From a virus (Duplodnaviria; Caudoviricetes), in IMG/VR virus record IMGVR_UViG_3300009160_000051, positions 1-57,925 of that record: 57,925 nucleotides of DNA; one strand, 5' to 3'. Positions within the stretch are counted from its first letter, which is position 1, and each line of letters opens with the position of its first letter. The position numbers and the translations under genes were made by a program. Under the pieces are notes generated by a model that saw only the letters and a program-made list of their open reading frames with translations, did no database searches and was not told where the DNA came from. Positions 56,447-57,925 of the stretch are shown here, piece by piece.

Positions 56447-56617
56447 TCAGTGTATTTTAAGTACGATGGTAAGTAGGGTCACAATGATAAAGCCTGCGGA
56501 GCCAACGAGGATCTGTTCAAGACGCTTTAGTCTGGCACAGATGGACTCGTAGCGTACCTCACAGATTTGCTCGTGGGCAGATAACGCTGCCTCGTTTTTG
56601 TCAATTAATTCGCTCAT
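56447..56617 (-). CDS. small coiled-coil plus TM protein (56 aa, not in the ORF track)
   Basis: MSELIDKNEAALSAHEQICEVRYESICARLKRLEQILVGSAGFIIVTLLTIVLKIH. Confidence 0.65.
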   Translation of the reverse strand: MSELIDKNEAALSAHEQICEVRYESICARLKRLEQILVGSAGFIIVTLLTIVLKIH

Positions 56618-56766
56618 TGTGTGTCTTTTATAGCTTCCGCTTCTGCAGCAGCTTTATTATATTCAACAACATTTTCATCTTTGTCGTATGCAATATCACC
56701 TCGAATAGTAGCTACTGTTGGGTTTAATTTGCGGATTGCTTCATCTAATTTCCATAATTCAATCAT
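56614..56766 (-). CDS. small tail-fibre-associated protein (50 aa)
   Basis: MIELWKLDEAIRKLNPTVATIRGDIAYDKDEN...; ATGA overlaps at both ends. Confidence 0.55.
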   Translation of the reverse strand: MIELWKLDEAIRKLNPTVATIRGDIAYDKDENVVEYNKAAAEAEAIKDTQ

Positions 56767-57269
56767 GGTGCTATCTCCATTACAGTAATAGAACTTGCCG
56801 TACTGTCTTGGTTTATTCCAACAGTTCCAACAGTATTAGTTTTAAAGTAAATTTCGTAAGTAATAGCACTTGTTCCGCCTGAAGCATTTGTAATCTCTAT
56901 TGGAATTCCAACTCTAAATGGGTTGGAAAAACTAGCGTTTGAATACATTGTGCTATATCCATTTGCACCAGCTAGATTTGAACCATTTTTGTAAATAGTA
57001 AAATATCCACCGCCATTTGAAGCACTTTGACTAGCTGATATAGAGCAAGTTATAAGCATTGTGCTAGATGCAGATTTTGGGGTAATAGTTACCGCATAAC
57101 CTGTAGCAGTAAAACTGCTATTTGTAGTTGAAGCATAAGTGTAGTTTAAGTATTGAGCAACTTGAATGATGCTACCTGAAACTGCTTGTGCCGCAGGTAA
57201 AGTTCCAGTAGTTACGCTAGAAGCAGATACCGAACCAATCATTCCCGACTGTACTTGTGTTAACGCCAT
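56763..57269 (-). CDS. short tail fibre / virion surface protein
   Basis: GSIIQV...TPKSASS..LI...TSAITY...SSITVMEIA module. Confidence 0.65.
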   Translation of the reverse strand: MALTQVQSGMIGSVSASSVTTGTLPAAQAVSGSIIQVAQYLNYTYASTTNSSFTATGYAVTITPKSASSTMLITCSISASQSASNGGGYFTIYKNGSNLAGANGYSTMYSNASFSNPFRVGIPIEITNASGGTSAITYEIYFKTNTVGTVGINQDSTASSITVMEIAP

Positions 57270-57628
57270 TATGCTGCTCCTTCATCTGCTAGAACCCAAG
57301 ACAAAGTAGGTTCATCCCAATTATATTTTTTGCCGTCAGTTGGATGTGCTGTTGGTGCTTCCCATAGCCAAGTAGATTCATTTAGTACCCAACTTGCGTA
57401 GGGTGATGGTGCATAAAACACATCGTTCTGATAGTCGTAAGTAAAACCTACTCCAGCGTAATTACCACGCAATGGTGTACCATTTAATTTATGGATATTA
57501 CCAAGTGTGTTATATGAAGTCTGAATCCAAGTACCGGGACTGGAATCAACAAATGTTTGAAAAAACTCTGGTTCGGCTACAATAACTTGTGTAACCTTAC
57601 CATCTAATACTTTTGCAAAATGACTCAT
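57269..57628 (-). CDS. tail-associated hypothetical protein
   Basis: MSHFAK...WIQTSYN...RGNYAG.G..YD...D.F..P.PY.SW...W.AP pattern, commonly after Gly-rich fibre genes. Confidence 0.65.
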   Translation of the reverse strand: MSHFAKVLDGKVTQVIVAEPEFFQTFVDSSPGTWIQTSYNTLGNIHKLNGTPLRGNYAGVGFTYDYQNDVFYAPSPYASWVLNESTWLWEAPTAHPTDGKKYNWDEPTLSWVLADEGAA

Positions 57629-57925
57629 GATATATATGTTCCAGAAGTTGTGAACGTATGATAAGTGTATCCACCAGATGATGTAATAGTCCCGCCTGAT
57701 CCACGAGTAGAACCAGCATAGCGAATAATTACCACACCTGATCCGCCATTTCCAGCTACACGGTTGCCACCGCTTAATGAACAGTTTCCACCACCACCGC
57801 CACCCGTGTTAGCTGTACCAGCACTTCCAACTGCACTATTAGTTCCGCCATTACCACCGCCGCCATTACCACCAAGGGGTGCAGTTGCTGTCGTTGCATC
57901 AGTACCGCCACCGCCACCGCCAGCA
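57625..57925 (-). CDS. glycine-rich tail protein (partial, 5' end outside the window)
   Basis: ...NTGGGGGG...GNGGSGVVIIRY...YTYHTFTTSGTY then stop; frame open to the window edge. Confidence 0.75.
   Translation of the reverse strand, partial: AGGGGGGTDATTATAPLGGNGGGGNGGTNSAVGSAGTANTGGGGGGNCSLSGGNRVAGNGGSGVVIIRYAGSTRGSGGTITSSGGYTYHTFTTSGTYIS

Noticed and set aside
1921-56552. Numerous antisense or alternate-frame ORFs in the track (for example 8949..9254, 17781..18239, 31878..32378, 49458..49913)
   Set aside because: They lie on top of well-supported genes and reflect codon bias; no RBS or motifs
57625-57925. Exact circular closure: ATG at 14 (MTQAA) joins in frame to the Gly-rich ORF at the far end
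   Set aside because: An in-frame join has a one-in-three chance, there is no terminal overlap, and the fused protein looks too short for this family; a gap is more likely
1-57925. tRNA genes or stop-codon reassignment
   Set aside because: No cloverleaf with a T-loop consensus was seen in intergenic DNA; core genes are intact in the standard code and all three stop codons are used

Overview
The window is most of the genome of one podovirus-like dsDNA phage, apparently circularly permuted because both ends fall inside the tail-fibre cluster. It is most likely an HMO-2011-type phage: it has a family-A DNA polymerase with an inserted DnaJ-like CxxCxGxG zinc finger, preceded by a tyrosine integrase, primase and helicase, and it has no T7-like RNA polymerase. 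Late genes lie on the minus strand (1-22805 and 47681-57925): tail fibres, nozzle/adaptor, capsid, scaffold, portal, terminase, a cluster of small Lys-rich proteins, internal virion proteins, M15 endolysin and holin. Early and replication genes lie on the plus strand (24167-47690): many small ORFs, gp88-like, DUF932, integrase, primase, helicase, PolA, exonuclease, endonuclease I, ClpP-like protease and class II RNR. A divergent non-coding region (22.8-24.2 kb) probably holds the physical genome end. The signals that stand out are: (1) more than 30 short hairpins, many with GAA/TTC triloops, over about 23.6-25.25 kb and continuing through coding sequence; (2) a short hydrophobic-x-x-G-G peptide tag repeated about 17 times across seven late proteins, beside a protein carrying a tape-measure-like GEFV domain; (3) three identically built composite early promoters. 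No tRNA, CRISPR array or reverse transcriptase was seen. All calls come from reading the sequence by eye; no database search was run.
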